Shown piece after piece: positions 52,602 to 64,000 of a stretch of DNA of 64,000 nucleotides (position 1 is its first letter; every line of letters starts with the position of its first letter). The notes under the pieces are model-generated. The model searched no databases. It saw only the letters and a list, made by a program, of their open reading frames with translations, and was not told where the DNA came from. Both the position numbers and the translations under genes were made by a program. This DNA comes from Bispira polyomma (lineage: Eukaryota), in contig OZ287752.1 in assembly GCA_965649765.1 (NCBI GenBank), forward strand, positions 57,908,001-57,972,000, read 5' to 3'.

Positions 52602-55550
52602 TTATGTATCCTTGTATATCTGGGGGACAGAATCATGCTCTGGCCAGTGCCTCTCCCCTGACCTTGTTTATATGACCTTCAACACCATCACTTAAAGTTT
52701 TTGGCTAGTGTAGTTCAAAGCAAGATATAGGACTGGATTAAAACAAGTTTGGAGTAATTTTTAACATCCTTTATGTCAACTGTACATAAAAATTTAAAAG
52801 TATAAGAATTTTTTTAACTGCCAATAAGCATACATAGGTTAACTAAAAAGTATAAAAAAAACCTCGTATAATAAACGTCTCTAAGCATAGATTAGTATAA
52901 TTCACATGTTTAAAACAATCAAATTGCATCACATGTATATAAATATATAAGAGCACATAATAATTGACCCAACACACACATATAGTGTTAAATATAACCG
53001 TAAAGGTTTTTTAAAATGTGTAATATAAAAATAGAAGGGTACATATTTGAATAACCCAAGATGTACGTATGATACTTTACATGGAACCATAACAGTTTAA
53101 TAAAAAGGTTTTTCATGTTAAAAAAAAGCCCTTTGACTGGGTGGAGGGTGGGAAATTTTCAACTTGTTGACGCTTTATTTTCTATATTAGAAGAGAGGGT
53201 TCTTAAGGTAATACGACAAAACCTTCTTCTAGACGACCTCTGATTGGTCTTAAGCTAGTAAACAGAATTTGAGATATTTTACTGTAAATCCCTAACTTTT
53301 GTCGACTGACTTGCATTGCTGTCCGGCCCTGCAGTGACTTACACAGTGAAATGACACAGTTGGAGTGTATTAGTTTAAATACTACATTATCACTGGAAAG
53401 CTATTTACAAACTAAATTTAAGGCCACCTTACTGAGTTATGGTTAACCTAAAGTTTTTTGTTAGTTTGATACTGTCAACTTAAGTTATGGTTAACTTAAA
53501 GTCTATGTATGGGCCAGGTGTTTTGCCAAGGAAATTGGTAATGTTTATACATAACGGAATTCTAAAAAGTAGCTTAAAGCATAGTGTGATATCTATAAAC
53601 GTGTAAAAAAGTTAACAAAAGTCTTGTGTATTAGTTGGAATTCAATAATAAATAAAGTATTTGGTATTATGATGAGTTAGAATTGTTAGCATTTGAGCCT
53701 CATTTAAAAAATTAAATAAAGTGATGTATATTATACCATTATCAAAGCTGTAAAACTTAACCTTACTACGAGATATAAAAAATTTGTATAAATGTGAATT
53801 GTAAATGTCATGTGAACCTGTAATGTAAAGTGAATTTGTAATAATGTGAACCCTATGGACAAAAAAAAAATAAAAACAAACAAGAACAAAACAAGTCTAA
53901 AGCACTTTTCACTCTAATTAGGTTAATTTTTAACTGTATACATTAAGTTGAAGCTGTGGCTTAATAGAAGTAAGGTAGTCGAAAAAGTTGGTAATGTAAA
54001 AATGTATAAAATATTAAGTGATATATAGTGTTGTTATAAGAATACCCCAAATGTCATTATAAAATAACACTCATAGCTTCCTTGTAAAGTTTATGGGCCG
54101 TGTTTTGTTTAATGGCTATATGATTATTTATGTATAAGTAATATTTAAAATATTAGTTTTTAACGTACTTTATTATTAAACTATTTTTGACTATAGAAAC
54201 TGTATTAACTTCCTTAAAGCTTGTTGACTTAATTTGTGGAAGGCACTTCACTGATAAGAAACCTTTTGAGGGGACATTTGCCTTCTTTTTATACCTTCTT
54301 ATCTATCTTTCCCTCCAGCATACTTCAAACACTGAAGTGATTGATCCAAAAACAGATACAATGAATTTTAAATATAATACATTCACTGCAATAATCTTTT
54401 GCACCTGACAACGTTTATTCTTGCTTTTCAAACATTACCTCGCCCATTAAAAGTTCAGACTAAACTGAATGTAAATATTTTTATGTTATATGTATCTAAA
54501 TAAATATGCAATCTGTGTCTTAAAATTGTATTGTAACATGTATGAGTATCCCTATTCTAGTAGGGAACTGTTTACATCTGCTGTATCTTCCTAAGCTGAT
54601 CTTAGATCTGACCATCAACACCCTTGAGGGCAATCCGAGTCACAGTTACACTTTGTGTCATACACATAAATTGCCCTTGGGGTTTGGAAGCCTGAGACCT
54701 ACGGATCCTAGTCGCCTAGCAGAGGGTGGTCAAGCCTCTCAATGCTCCTATTCCACTATGTCACCCCTAGATGGTTTACTCAGAAGGGGGGGGGGGGGTG
54801 AGGAGGACAGGACTTGCCCTCCACATGATCCCTACATGCAAAGCATTGTTATACAACATCAAAAACATTTGTATGCTTGCCCCAGAGTTACCACAATAGT
54901 TGTGGCACAATATTATCAACATAACATTATGAAATGACCCGGTGGCCCTTATGCCCATAGGTGATAGTAAGGAAAGTGAATGCACTTAAACGAAGTTCTA
55001 CTTCCATAGAAGGAAAATATATTTGGGTGGAAGTGGAAATTTTTTAATGTTTCACCTTGCTTTGTCCTAGTTTTGTGGTGTATAGTTTTGTGGCCACACA
55101 TTATACTATTAGTGTCAGCAGAAGTGATTACTAGCATCGTGATTTTTTAAATATTGGTTTGGTATTTAATTTTTATCCATGAGTTATTTTGTGCTCGACA
55201 GTTGCACTGTATATTATTTTTCAAAAAATTGGATTTTATTGATTTTTTTGCCCCGACTATCCCAATTTCAAAGTCAGGCCCATTTTAACGATCGAACTTG
55301 ACACATGCTGAACCTATTTGGGGCCCACTGTGTTGACTCGGCCCAATCCAGATGGCCCTCCTTCACTTCTTGCATATTATGCACCCAACACGACCTCACA
55401 GCCTGCCAGGGGAGAGACGGCACGTTGAAAAGATATAAGATGAAACAGTTTAACCTTTTTTTATAATTGTAATGTCCAAAATTTGAGACACATTAGACAA
55501 TTGGCCAGCAACCCACTGTGGGAGAGAGTTCATTAAACTGTGAACTCTTA

Positions 55551-56243
55551 CCCTACGCTTCCTTTCAGCATGTTTTTCTCGGCCGACGTCGGCTGACATC
55601 GGCCGATTTTTCCCCTCATTACACAATACTACCAAGTGCTTACTTTCATCAGGTTTGCATCATATCCGATCAGACGTCGGCCGGCGTCTGTTTGGCCAAC
55701 AGTTTTTATCTGTCAGGGAGGGGAAAAATCGGGAGGACTGTCCGATTTTGAAACAAAACCACTGTCACAGGTTTAGTTTTTATCCTATATGTACTCGATA
55801 TTCGTCGAATGTTGACTTTGAAAATGGCATCAGAAAGCTTTTTTTATTATGATTACTGTGTTTTTTCCCCCAACAAAATCCGTGTAGAAACGGCTCAGAT
55901 ATTAAAGTTTATGGACAGGTAACTTTCCCTTCTACTGTGAATAATACGTCATAGCAACGTTATAGTGACGTCAGTTTTGCATCTACGTCACAACTTACAA
56001 ATTAGGAACTAAGTGTGGGTACCTTTATTAAACTGCAAATATCTCAGCTGTTTCTCAATTGACTTTGTTGGAAAAAGAAGCATAGTAATCACAATAAAAT
56101 AAGCTTTTTCCTGCTATTTTCAAAACCAACATTCGACAAAGTTTGAGTACAAATCTGATGAAAGGAAGCACACTGTCGGCCGACGTCGGATCGGACCCCT
56201 TCAAATCGGCCGACGTCGGAATGTACTGAAAGGAAGCGTAGGC
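55551..56243. mobile_element. PIF/Harbinger (Tourist-like) MITE, second family, with a nested element
   Basis: 17-bp TIR CCTACGCTTCCTTTCAG / CTGAAAGGAAGCGTAGG, TTA on both flanks, subterminal palindromes TCGGCCGACGTCGG. Confidence 0.85.
55790..56151. mobile_element. Foldback-type element with ~120-bp imperfect inverted arms, nested in the MITE
   Basis: Left arm TGTACTC..TCGAATGTTG..TTTGAAAAT..AAAGCTT..GATTACT mirrors right arm AGTAATC..AAGCTTT..ATTTTCAAA..CAACATTCGA..GAGTACA. Partial second copy at 60340-60526. Confidence 0.78.
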
Positions 56244-56534
56244 TTACGGGCAGTTCTCCCTACCCAACCCTTGTTTGGCCAACAAGCTTGTGGCTCTGCG
56301 AAACATGTCTGCAGTGTCAAATGTCCCTGAATTATGATAGGCAGAACGCGTACCTTGAGTTAAGTCTTGTTGAAGTTAGATACTTAAAGAATTGATCACA
56401 CTCGGCCTTATAAGAAATGAGGCTTTATATAAATTATATAGCGTCTGACTTATAAAGAGCTTGGTTGAAAACCAGGTCAACACCTAGCTATGTAATCATA
56501 TATATCTAAAAACACATATAAATAATATATTGTG

Positions 56535-58008
56535 GGTGGTTTCTAAACCTCGGAAAAGCCACGGAATTCCGTCACGGAACGGAAAATCGTATATATATAT
56601 GACCAAAGGTGACATTATAAGTTACCTAAAATCGTTAATGATTAACCGATTTTGATGATTTAAACACCACTGTAATCCTTATAACAAGGGCTATGTATAG
56701 ATGCGACAAGATATAAGCAAACAATAGGTTGAATATATATTTATTGACATCAAAGAACATACACAAAGAATCTTTATCAATATACAATCATATTATAACA
56801 TACATAAATTTTTTAATCAATATGCATTTATATCACATCAAACATATATTAGTATAATGATTATACATGTATATTACAATAAACAAACATACATAAAATG
56901 TAAATGTTCCATATATAATAACTATAGTTCATTGCTTGTTCAGATCAAGTAGTAGCTTGTTATAGCAGCAATCCATGAGTTTGAGTTTCGGCGAAATGAG
57001 TGGTATTCATGAGTATACGCCATTGACATACTACACCACTAATCTCTGATAGAAGGGCTCCAGCCCGACTGTGAGATGTGACGCTTCACGCAAACCTTAA
57101 CATTTCTTCCCCAAACTAGCTCAACTGGAACAGTCCTACTGCACCGAATAATACGGCTCCTTACTTAGACATTAAAGCTCATATGAGGAAGAAATTACAT
57201 TTTACTCTATTTCTTGGCAACATGTATTACACTTTAAACATTAGCTAGGTGAACTCCAGCAGAACACTTTAATAATAGCTCCAGCAACAAGGCATCCTGG
57301 TCCAAGCTGTCTAACGTTTATAAAGGCCAGGTCACAGGCCTGAGTGGAGACATAACATCGAACTGCGTTCATACCGACCAGGAGCAAGGAGTAGAGTGTA
57401 AGAGTGACCCAAGAGCGCGAGCCAGGACCTCATAAGGGAGTCCAGAGTTGGCTAAGCTGCTGCTGCCACCATTCGTTGCCACGTAAAATACACAGACATT
57501 CTGAAACTCAAAAAAAATTTGTTACAAGGGAAGAGGAGGGTGGGTGTTTCTAAAGCTGTTATTCTACAAATATTCAAACGAAAAGTGGCGGGCTAAATGT
57601 AAACACTGCCTTTTATACTAGCCGCAAACAACGTCAACTGGTTAGACTGGTACCCTAGAACTGAAACCGGCTGCACTCCGGCGCTGCCTTCTAATTAAGT
57701 CTATTAGGCGATCCACGGAAAATCGCCTAGAATAAGTAAGGGCTTCTATTTTAATGAGTTATAATATTTCTATACAAATGACACTTTAAATGCTTAAAAT
57801 AATCTGTGGCTCCAGTGGTGTAATTGGATAGAGACAACTTAATTGTGTAGTATTATTGTCATCATTATAATATAAATTAATGTTTAGGTACTTAAACTGT
57901 GACTTTAAAGAATTAGACGATTTTTGGGCGATTATTAGGCGATTTTTGGGCGATTTTTAGGCGATTTTCCGTACCGCCCTCACGGAATTCCGAGGTTTAG
58001 AAACAACC
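56535..58008. mobile_element. 1474-bp non-autonomous DNA transposon with 9-bp TSD (Mutator/MULE-like)
   Basis: TIR GGT(G/T)GTTTCTAAACCTCGGAA at both ends; perfect TSD TATATTGTG at 56526-56534 and 58009-58017; subterminal 11-bp GGCGATTTTT repeats at ~57918-57970. Confidence 0.88.
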
Positions 58009-58996
58009 TATATTGTGGCCTTAAGTGATACAAGGCTTGTTTTGTTCTATGCATTGTTTAACTAGAGCTTTTGGGACAAAAATAGTGTGTCCTGCCCTTG
58101 ACTTGAGTTGTTAAAGCACATGGGGTTATGACTAGGCCTTTTGTTTTACTATCTGTATAAACCTTGTCCTGTGGTTCTTTAACGAGTTGTGAAATTAAAA
58201 CTGTACGCTGTCTGTCATTTTAATTAGCAAATAGTTACAGGTTCTCTTGATTCCCTATCGGAAATCTAAGTGACCTTTATTTTAAATACATTTCAAACAT
58301 TGAATGCATGTACTTCTACCTTTCATTGCTACATTTTGGTTAGTTGACAGCATGCACTAAGCGTGACGTAATGTGTTGTCAAATATTTCAATATATTTTG
58401 AAAATTTACATATACACGTGATGTAATTGCTCTGTCATAACAAACCTACCACGTTATTACTTAATGAGCTCAAGCTTTCTGCTGTCATGTGATACAGTGT
58501 TATACTCTCTAGTCTTGCGACTTTAATGTAAATAAAAGGAAAATTTCTTCTTTTTTTTGTTAAAAGTTTGCAATTATCAGAGTATTTTTCCCAAGGTGTG
58601 ACTACAGTGGTAATTTCGGCCTTAGGTCATAAAGATTAAATTCTAGTTTGTCATATTATTGAGGTGTCAAGTAAATTACCTAAAGTGAGCGTTAACTTGA
58701 CCTTAAATGTAGAAAAGTCTGACACTGTTTGGGAGATTAATTTATATAATGCCTTGTTTCTAGATACAAATTTACAGAACTTTTAACCAATGTTTTTAAA
58801 ATTTAAAAGAAAAGCCAAAGCCAAAAAACATACTGACACCCCTATACTACCATATACAATACTAAAACCTTGTGGAAATAACATGTGATTTTATTGCATA
58901 AGGAAATTATCTCTGCGTGTCACGAGTACTGTCGTGTTTCTATATTAATTAATACATTTTGTTTCCATATTCTATTTGTATCTCTCTTGTCATGCA

Positions 58997-59425
58997 TTTG
59001 AATTTGGATATTTAACGTCCACTCTAGTACCTTTTAGTAGGTTATATTGGGACGGGTAGTTGGAAACGCTGGAGGAAACACTACATACAGTTGATCAAGG
59101 TTCTGCACTTAAACCAGCGGCCCACAGTAAGGAACTACCACCTTTCCCACATAGGCATCGACGGGATTCGAACTCACGCTGCCCAGAGGTGAGAGACCAG
59201 TGATTGTGAAGTGCAATGCTTGCTAAGGGACGGGTAGTTGGAAACGCTGGAGGAAACACTGCATACAGTTGATCAAGGTTCTGCACTTAAACCAGCGGCC
59301 CACAGTAAGGAACTACCACCTTTCCCACATAGGCATCGACGGGATTCGAACTCACGCTGCCCAGAGGTGAGAGACCAGTGATTGTGAAGCGCAATGCTTG
59401 CTAACCACTAGGCCACCGCGGCCCC
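58997..59425 (-). mobile_element. SINE family B copy with a 178-bp internal tandem duplication
   Basis: Units start at 59049 and 59227; a single TSD CTCTC(T/C)TGTCATGCA flanks the whole insertion. Confidence 0.92.
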
Positions 59426-60339
59426 CTCTCCTGTCATGCAAAAAATGTCATAACTTACTTCCTTATGAAAAACCTTTCCCATAAAATATATAAGAATCAA
59501 ATATAGACAAACAAGTACTGTTTACGCTTTAATGATAAGAACCTCAATGGCTGATGACAATGTTTGCTTTTGTGATGTATTTATAAATAATTAGTGTCAG
59601 TTAAATGTATAGTTTTGCCTATTTTATCAGTAAAAATTGCAAATTATTAAAAGGTGGCTCACCTATGCGTTCAACAAAAGAGATGCCTCTGAGAACGCTG
59701 TGAGAAGCCATACGCTAATATTGCCCAAAGGTTTTACATACACATAGAATGCAAGCGAGAATGCAAGTTGAAAATTCATGGCGAACACTAAAAAACATGC
59801 CCGTTTAGTCCTAGCTATTGCTTTTTGTAGAATGCATAGTTGGCACGGGAATCACTATAGTTTAGGTCATGAAAGTGTGACTCGGCCATTAGATAAGCAA
59901 CAAAATAAGAGTATTTGACCTTTTTAACCCTTCAAGTGGTTGAGATAACAGATTCTATTCCATTTTACTTCCTTGTCGTTAGTCCAAACCTCTCTGTAAG
60001 TATTAGTGATGTGCTGACTGTATGTCCACCTGGATAAAACTCCCCAGAGCAGTGAGGATCATATAGCAATCATAATTGGTGGGAAAACCACAAATAAAGG
60101 TAAGTGTACAGATTTTCTCTGTATTTCAATTTATTCTTTTAAATATAAACTATATAAATGTGGGGGTTTTGTATTCACAAATAATATTTTCTGCTAATAA
60201 AGCAAACTATTGGCACTCGTGAGTAGCTTTCATAAGATGTGTCCATGAATTGACCAATTGATAATCACATGGTGCTGTTGAAACCAGTTCACCAGCAAAA
60301 AAAATCGGAAATAGAAATACTACACTGAATAATGTCAAG

Positions 60340-60526
60340 GTCGGATGTTGACGTTAAATGGCGTGAGAAAGCTTATTTTATTGTGATTACTGTGGGGGGT
60401 TTTTGCATTAAAATCTCAAATTTTTGAGTTTATAGATGGGTACCCCATTAAACTTCCCCTTCTACTGTGAATAAAATGTCACAGCAACGTCATTGTGACG
60501 TCACTTTTGTAGCTACGTCACACCTA
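60340..60526. mobile_element. Left part of the foldback element (as at 55790), cut off by the Harbinger insertion
   Basis: Shares CCCTTCTACTGTGAATAA, GCAACGT..GTGACGTCA and CTACGTCACA with 55925-55992; homology stops at the TAA preceding 60530. Confidence 0.75.
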
Positions 60527-61274
60527 TAATGGTGGTTCCACTATCAGGATTTGGTCCCCGACCTTCCCGACTTTGAGGTCTGGGGCATGTACGTTAAGGT
60601 CGGGGAGCAAAAATGGGGTGGTCGGGAAGGTCGGCAAGAAAGTTAACCATGCTTAACGTTTTTGAAAAGTGTCCCAATTTGCATCCCGGACCTCCAAATC
60701 ATATTGATGGATAAGTTTGATCGTATTATCAATACATTCTGTCTGATAGGTCTGATCGCACTCCCGGTCTGTCCTTTTTGTGGGCCCATTCTGTCCTATT
60801 CAGATCCGCCCTTTTTCAATCTGACAGAACAGGGCGACAATCAAATCAAACTTATTCATGTCCCGATCTGACATATTGCTCCCTGACAGAACTTTTTGTC
60901 AACCTGGCAGAACTTGGTGTCAATATGTTTTTTAACCCCGATCGAACTTAACACAGTAGGACACAACGTATTGGCCATCAGATCTGCCAGGAGAGGTAAA
61001 AGATCGAACAGGGAGGATAGGACAGTACTTATCAGCATTAGAATCTGACATATTCAGTACCGACCAATAGGATCGAACTTTTGCAGGTCAGGGTGTTTGG
61101 GTATGAACACATCCCGGCAGTACTGGACTCGTTGTATATTGAAATTGCTGGCTGGTTATAGTGTTTTTTGCAGAGAGGGATTTTTATTGTTTTTAATTAG
61201 TTATATGTTCTGAGTTTAGGGCAAGTTTTACAGTTAGGTTTGTTAGGTATACACACAACATTAATATTAGCAAG

Positions 61275-62038
61275 ATGCCAAGATTGAGGAAGGTGAAGAG
61301 AAAGATGGAAGTAAAGGAAAAGGAAGTAGAGATAGAGAGAGAAGCGGAGTTTGAGATAGGGATTTCAGCAGATGAGCTGGAGGCTCAGAGAAAGAGGAGA
61401 GATCAGAGGGAGAGCCCCACCCCTAGTTAAAGAAGTGAGGGAGAAGGATTAAAGGATTCGTCACAGGGATTGAAGGATTCGTCTCAGGGATTGAAGGATT
61501 CGTCCCAGTACCGCAGTAAAGAAGGTCAGCAAGATGGTCCATGTCATTTTCACAGAGTAGGCCGAGGAGGCCACAGTAGAGTTTGTTAAGGATAATAAAG
61601 TACTGTACCAGGAGACATGAACAATTTAAGGATCGATCCCTTAAAGAGAGATTGTGGGAGGATTTTGCCACCAGCAGAGGATTAAGGATGCAAGAAGTAA
61701 AGACATGGTTTGAGTCCCAGAGGAAGCGTTTTGGAAAGCTTATGGCAAAGAAATCCGGGCAAGCCGCCCCAGACTTTACCGAGAGGGAGAACTGGTTGAT
61801 GTGTAGGTTCCCATTCCTAGGTTCCCACATCGTTCGCCATGTGAAATTGTCTTCTTTCAAGCCGTCCACGTCATCCACCCAGGGAGCTTCCCCACCCCTT
61901 ATTACAGAGGCACCTCACGACTTCGCCAGATGCTCCAGTATTGGCTTGGATATCGCAGCTGAGAACAGCATGAGAAGCACCCAAAGAAGTTCACCAGCCT
62001 GTCAAGTTTTCGACATGAACAGCCAGTGGAACATTTAG
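61275..62038 (+). pseudogene. Harbinger-associated MADF/Myb-SANT-like DNA-binding protein, disrupted
   Basis: HEQFKDRSLKERLWEDFA...VKTWFESQRKRFGKL..KKSGQAA..TERENWL..FPFLGSHI. The N-terminal charged segment from ATG 61275 is broken by stops. Confidence 0.8.
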
Positions 62039-63578
62039 GCCAGTGGAACATTTAGGACATCTCAGGACTACCATGTCAAGCTTCAACCAGAAACCAGAAA
62101 AATCACAGTTGCACCACGCCGCGTTATTTCACTACCTTGCTACGGAAACCAACAAACTTGACGAGGGTGACTTCCAGACTTTGAGAAATGAGACTATTTC
62201 CACCCTGAGTACGATTTAACGTGATAGAAGCCGGGTTCGCAGTGCCTTTGCGAGGACAGCCCCCAGTTTTACCCAGTCCCGGGCACCAGGTTCTACATAT
62301 GTTTTGCAGCAGCCTCAGCATCACAATTCACATAAACAGTTTTTAAACCCACCGTCTAACGCATCAGTAATGTATCAGGATTCAGCTCATAACACCTCCA
62401 CCATCTCATCATTCTTCAGGAAATACAACTCAGAGATACCACAAGATAAGATAAGATTTCACCTATAATGTCCTATAAGATAAGATTTCACCTATAATGT
62501 CAGTCAGCCCACCACTCTAGCACTTCTATAACCCAACCCGTCAGATGAATGTCCAGCAACTGACAGATCCCCAGCCACAGCAACAGCCCCACCTCCAGCC
62601 CACTTCACATCGACAGTCAACCTCCACCACTGCCAACATTGTCACCCCAGTAGCCAGTCAGCAATCTCCAGGGGGTGTGTTATGAGCCCCCCCCCCCCCC
62701 TCCCCACCCCCCCAACGTCACCACCGGCCCTTTTTAGGGCCACCCGATTCCCCCAAGAACAATGTTTTAAGCTATTTGTTGAAAAAATAAACCCCAAACA
62801 TACAGATTACAATGTCCCCTCAAACACAATTCACACATACAGACAGAAATATAATTATCATTGTCTAAAAAAAAAAAAAGAATAAAAAAATGAAGAGTCC
62901 CAAATAATATCCCAAACAAACAGATTATACCGTCCCCTCAAAATAAATACACACATACAGACAGAAATATAATTATCATTGTCCAAACAAAAACCCCAAA
63001 CATTAGCCCAAACAAACAGATTATTTCAGTCACGCAAAACAAATAACACACATACAGACAAAACTTACTTATCACCCCCCTTCCTAATAATTGTTTGTGG
63101 ATGTCCAACTTGTAAAGTAAAAGATGTCCTTGTTTGGAAAATTTTGACCGACAATATGAAAAAAAATCAAAACCTCCCAAAATTGTCCAAGTGAGTACCT
63201 AATTGAGAATGAAAAGTCCTATCCCCATTGCAAATGTTTTGATGAAATGACAAGGGATACCAAAGATAAGATATTTTTTTAAAGAAATAAATAAGAAAGT
63301 CTGTCATAGCAATAGGGATTTATAATGTAAGTGTAAGTGTAGGGCCTTGGGTTCGAATCTGTTATAATAATGGTTTCTTCAGTGTTTCTTGTGAGTTGTG
63401 TTTGGGTTAGGAGTGAGGGGTGTAACAGATACCTTAGACATTGTTCTTGAAATATTTGGGTGGTCGTGAAAAGGGCCTTTTTTGGTTACAGCACTGCTCG
63501 GGGTTGCTTCTCATGAGACTCAAGGGGTTAGGCTCAGGCTCAGGTTTCTTCTCATCAGGCTCAGGTAAAGGTAAAGGT

Positions 63579-64000
63579 TCATATTCGCTCTTTTTGCCAA
63601 GGGACTGCCCCCTCATTCATGAAATAGTCCATCAGTGTGTCCCTTTGCTGTTTTCTGATTGCTCTTTTTGGTTGATCCCCCATCAGGTTATTCTTAGGCC
63701 CAGGTGGGTCATCTTGGGGGTTGGGATTCTCCAGGGTTACGATGCCACACCAGCTTCTTAAAATGTTATGCAGATAACACAGGTTAAAGTCAGGTTTGAT
63801 GCAACCAGAGGATGCTGTTGCATGGTGGTCAGCAAAAGTCGTACCTGCTGACCAATATCCCGAAGGCATTCTCAACAACCCTCCTTCCTCTTGATATCCG
63901 ATAATTACATATCCTTTCGTGGTTGGTGAGATTTCTCCTAAAATAGGGCTTCATTAACCAGGTTTTTAGGGCGAAGGCGTCGTCCCCCAGGAGAAAGTAG
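63579..64000 (-). pseudogene. Harbinger DDE transposase (HARBI1-type) C-terminal part, frameshifted
   Basis: Across frameshifts: [19 protein letters not shown] / [25 protein letters not shown] / LLTTMQQHP / LHNIL...YFMNEGAVPWQ. Confidence 0.92.

Larger units (their letters stand above)
60530..64000. mobile_element. Degenerate autonomous-type PIF/Harbinger transposon (runs off the window)
   Basis: TAA|TGGTGGTTCCACT left end; convergent MADF/Myb-like ORF (+) and DDE transposase (-). Confidence 0.9.

Noticed and set aside
63579-64000. Domesticated HARBI1 host gene
   Set aside because: At least three frameshifts, and it lies in a TIR-bounded element with a disrupted MADF partner.

Overview
AT-rich, intron- and repeat-rich animal genomic DNA, probably a marine invertebrate such as a mollusc (inferred only from the SINE/MITE complement and gene content). 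Bases 1-36 kb appear to be one very long intron of a plus-strand alpha-1-adrenergic-type GPCR. Its last three coding exons (ECL3/TM7, proximal tail, distal tail) lie at 36023-40838, with matching splice phases. Downstream are two head-to-head CILP-like (cartilage intermediate layer protein) gene parts. The minus-strand copy has an in-frame TAG and no furin site; the plus-strand copy has TSP1 exons and a GC-AG intron. The window ends in a degenerate two-ORF PIF/Harbinger transposon whose non-autonomous relatives are scattered through the window. The rest is tRNA-derived SINEs, LINE and Tc1 remnants, MITEs, a MULE-like element with a 9-bp TSD, and minisatellites. The most unusual signal is three independent tandem arrays whose unit is an exon-intron junction: about 27 copies of a 3' splice site (35 bp) in front of the GPCR TM7 exon, about 34 copies of a 5' splice site (48 bp, frame-preserving) behind the next exon, and an older 3-copy acceptor array in the CILP-like gene. 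All coordinates were read by eye; repeat boundaries are approximate.
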